Assembly: GCA_028866835.1 (NCBI GenBank)
Contig: JAGWHJ010000004.1
Coordinates: 1-60,822, forward strand
DNA length: 60,822 bases
Origin: Candidatus Micrarchaeota archaeon
Lineage (GTDB): Archaea > Micrarchaeota > Micrarchaeia > Micrarchaeales > CABMGC01
Direction of reading: 5' to 3'
Both the position numbers and the translations under genes were made by a program. Position 1 is the stretch's first letter. The number at the start of each line of letters is the position of its first letter. The notes below the pieces were generated by a model that worked only from the letters and a program-made list of their open reading frames with translations, was not told where the DNA came from and did not search any database. This document shows positions 58,589 through 60,822 of the stretch, piece by piece.

Positions 58589-59689
58589 ATGCACGAGCTT
58601 ACTGCCCTGGAGCTGGGCCTGGTGGTGAACGAGCTTAAGCCAAAGGTAGAGAAGGGCTTCCTGAAGAAGTTCTACGACCTTGGCAATGGATCCTTCAAGA
58701 TGGTCTTCTACAGGGAAGGCGTTAATACGATAGTCTACTGCAAGCTCTGCGTCACCATCAACGAGACGAAATTCAGCGAGGAAGCAGGAGCCGCGACGGA
58801 CTTCGCCATGGGAGTGAGGAAGAGGATAGAGGGCTCCCTCGTGCACGAAATCGAGCAGTACGATTCAGACAGGATAGTGGTTATAAAGTTCAGCGATTTC
58901 AGGCTTGTGATCGAGATGTTCGGGAAGGGCAATCTGGTGCTTGTCGGCAATGACGGGAAGACAGCGCTCGCTTACAAGTCAATAGAATACCGCGACCGTG
59001 CGGTCAAGGCAAGGGCCGTTTACCTGTTCCCCAAATCATCTTTCATAGAGATAGAGGGACTGGACCAGGCGACAGCAAAGTACATCGCTGAGGCGGCGCG
59101 CGATTCAGAAGACAAGCTCATAGTCGCGCTCGCAAGGACGATAAACGTAGGTCCGATATACCTTGAGGACATCATAAGGAGGTGCGGCCTCGAGCCGAAC
59201 GGGAAGCTGCACGCGGATGACGATGTGCACGCACTGGAGCACGAGATACTCCGCTTCTCGAAGGAGCTTTCCTCCTACAAGGCGAGGTCCTATGCCGTAG
59301 AGGGAGGAAGGGAGTACTCCGTGCTGCATCTGCTGAAGTTCAAGGACATGCCGACGACAGAGTACGATAGCTTATGCGCCCTCCTGGACGAACTTCACGT
59401 TGCCTCAAGGACCGCAGTGGACGACAGCGCGAAGAGCAAGGCTCTCACTGAGGTTGATGCCAATATACAGAAGCAGAGGGCGCTTGCTGACGGCCTTGCG
59501 AATGATTCGATATCCTACAGCAGCATGGGGAACAAGATCTTCGAGCGCATGGACGATATAAATGCGCTTGTCGAATACATGAGGAGGAACAAGAAGGCGG
59601 ACGTCAAGGAACTTGAGAGGGAGTTCCCGGGGCTCGGAGTCAAGAGCGTGGACCTCAAGAACAAGACCGTGGCCATATCCGTCGAGTGA
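58589..59689 (+). CDS. NFACT/RqcH (NEMF-like) N-terminal part
   Basis: FAMGVRKRIEG, QYDSDRIV, LVIEMFGKGNLVL, DR..Y.FP and HhH; no NFACT-R domain. Confidence 0.8.
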   Translation: MHELTALELGLVVNELKPKVEKGFLKKFYDLGNGSFKMVFYREGVNTIVYCKLCVTINETKFSEEAGAATDFAMGVRKRIEGSLVHEIEQYDSDRIVVIKFSDFRLVIEMFGKGNLVLVGNDGKTALAYKSIEYRDRAVKARAVYLFPKSSFIEIEGLDQATAKYIAEAARDSEDKLIVALARTINVGPIYLEDIIRRCGLEPNGKLHADDDVHALEHEILRFSKELSSYKARSYAVEGGREYSVLHLLKFKDMPTTEYDSLCALLDELHVASRTAVDDSAKSKALTEVDANIQKQRALADGLANDSISYSSMGNKIFERMDDINALVEYMRRNKKADVKELEREFPGLGVKSVDLKNKTVAISVE

Positions 59690-59693
59690 GACC

Positions 59694-60587
59694 ATGGAGA
59701 TAAAGGTAATAGTATTGGGAAGCAGCGGCTCCGCGCCTACGAAGGAGAGGGCACTTCCCTGCGTCGCACTGATCTACAACGGCGAGCTCTTCCTCTTCGA
59801 CTGCGGCGAGGGCACGCAGATGCAGATGCTGAGATACGGGGTGAACGCCTCGAGGCTGAAGGCCGTATTCCTGAGCCACGCGCATGCGGACCACATGCTC
59901 GGGATCGCCGGCCTGGTAAGGAGCCTTGCGCTCAGCGGAAGGAAGGATCCTCTCGACATATGCATACCGAAGGGCTACGAGAACGCGGTCAAGACCCTGG
60001 CCTCGTTCGACAAGGCGATGATAGGCTACCAGATAAGGATACACGGTGTGGGCAACGGTATCGCGTACAGGGCCAGGGATTTCAGCGTGTCGTCATTCGC
60101 GCTGAAGCACACGATACCGACATGCGGATACATCTTCAGGGAGCGCGACAGGCTGAGGTTCAACAAGGAGAAATCGCACGGCCTCGGGATAAAAGGCACG
60201 ATGTTCTCCGAACTTGAGAAGAAGGGCAGCATAAGGATCGGCAGGAAGGTGATCCGCATAGGCGCCGTCACCAAGCTGCAGAGGGGCAAGGCTGTCGTCT
60301 ATGCGGCTGATACAAGGCCTGTCAAGTCGGTCGCCAGGATCGCTAAAGGCGCCGACCTGCTCATACATGAATCGTCATACGCCGACGAGCACAGGCACCT
60401 TGCCGCCGAGCGCATGCATTCCTCTGCGTCAGATGTCGCCAGGATCGCAAAGACCGCAGGCGTGAAACAGCTCATCCTAACGCACATAAGCGCAAGGTAT
60501 AAATCTGCGGAGGGCATAGAGAAATCCGCAAGGAAGGTTTTCGGCAACACTGTCGTTGCCGATGACGGCTATTCCGTTACGGTATAA
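59694..60587 (+). CDS. rnz: Ribonuclease Z
   Basis: PTKER, DCGEGTQ, SHAHADH, HESSY and THISARY. Confidence 0.95.
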   Translation: MEIKVIVLGSSGSAPTKERALPCVALIYNGELFLFDCGEGTQMQMLRYGVNASRLKAVFLSHAHADHMLGIAGLVRSLALSGRKDPLDICIPKGYENAVKTLASFDKAMIGYQIRIHGVGNGIAYRARDFSVSSFALKHTIPTCGYIFRERDRLRFNKEKSHGLGIKGTMFSELEKKGSIRIGRKVIRIGAVTKLQRGKAVVYAADTRPVKSVARIAKGADLLIHESSYADEHRHLAAERMHSSASDVARIAKTAGVKQLILTHISARYKSAEGIEKSARKVFGNTVVADDGYSVTV

Positions 60588-60590
60588 TCT

Positions 60591-60661
60591 GGAGGCATCG
60601 TCTAGTGGTAGGATAGCAGATTGACATTCTGCGGGCAGGAGTTCAATTCTCCTTGCCTCCA
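60591..60661 (+). tRNA. tRNA-Val(GAC)
   Basis: GGAGGCA...GCAGA-TT-GAC-AT-TCTGC...AGGAG-TTCAATT-CTCCT-TGCCTCC-A. Confidence 0.93.
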
Positions 60662-60777
60662 TCACCAATTATTGTCGTCGAAAGCCTATCTTCTCGATTT
60701 CATTTGTAATGTTGGCATGTATTACAATATGTAAATACGTTTAAATATCTGATGTTCCATAATATATTTGTGATAAA

Positions 60778-60822
60778 ATGGAAAGCGTGATAACAATACG
60801 TTTATCCGAAGAGTTGAAGGGA
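60778..60822 (+). CDS. Partial RHH/CopG-like protein (runs off the window)
   Basis: MESVITIRLSEELKG after a TATA box and GTGAT RBS. Confidence 0.55.
   Translation, partial: MESVITIRLSEELKG

Overview
Archaeal chromosomal segment, most consistent with a DPANN Micrarchaeota lineage. Evidence: archaeal topA, top6A, lonB, dnaG, hjc, NAC, GGGPS and two aglB genes; an S-layer gene; thermopsin; class III signal-peptide LamG proteins; and a tRNA with BHB introns. It holds about 50 CDS and three tRNAs: Ala-TGC, Val-GAC, and Ser-CGA with two non-canonical introns. The most unusual content is bacterial-type machinery in an archaeon. (1) A 2114-aa membrane-anchored surface protein carries two lytic-transglycosylase (SLT/lysozyme-like) domains and a degenerate M23-peptidase-like domain, at the end of a coupled topA-thermopsin-trmI-aglB gene string. 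(2) A FliA/WhiG-like sigma-70 protein is fused to a winged-helix domain next to tRNA-Ser. (3) A cobalamin-riboswitch-like RNA sits in front of an ECF S-component gene. Also present: a tRNA-Ala-anchored toxin-antitoxin cassette bounded by direct repeats, an unannotated hyperacidic 37-aa ORF, a diversifying LamG pilin-like gene family and a cysDN/sulfatase-like/glycosyltransferase locus. All calls come from reading motifs by eye; no searches were run.
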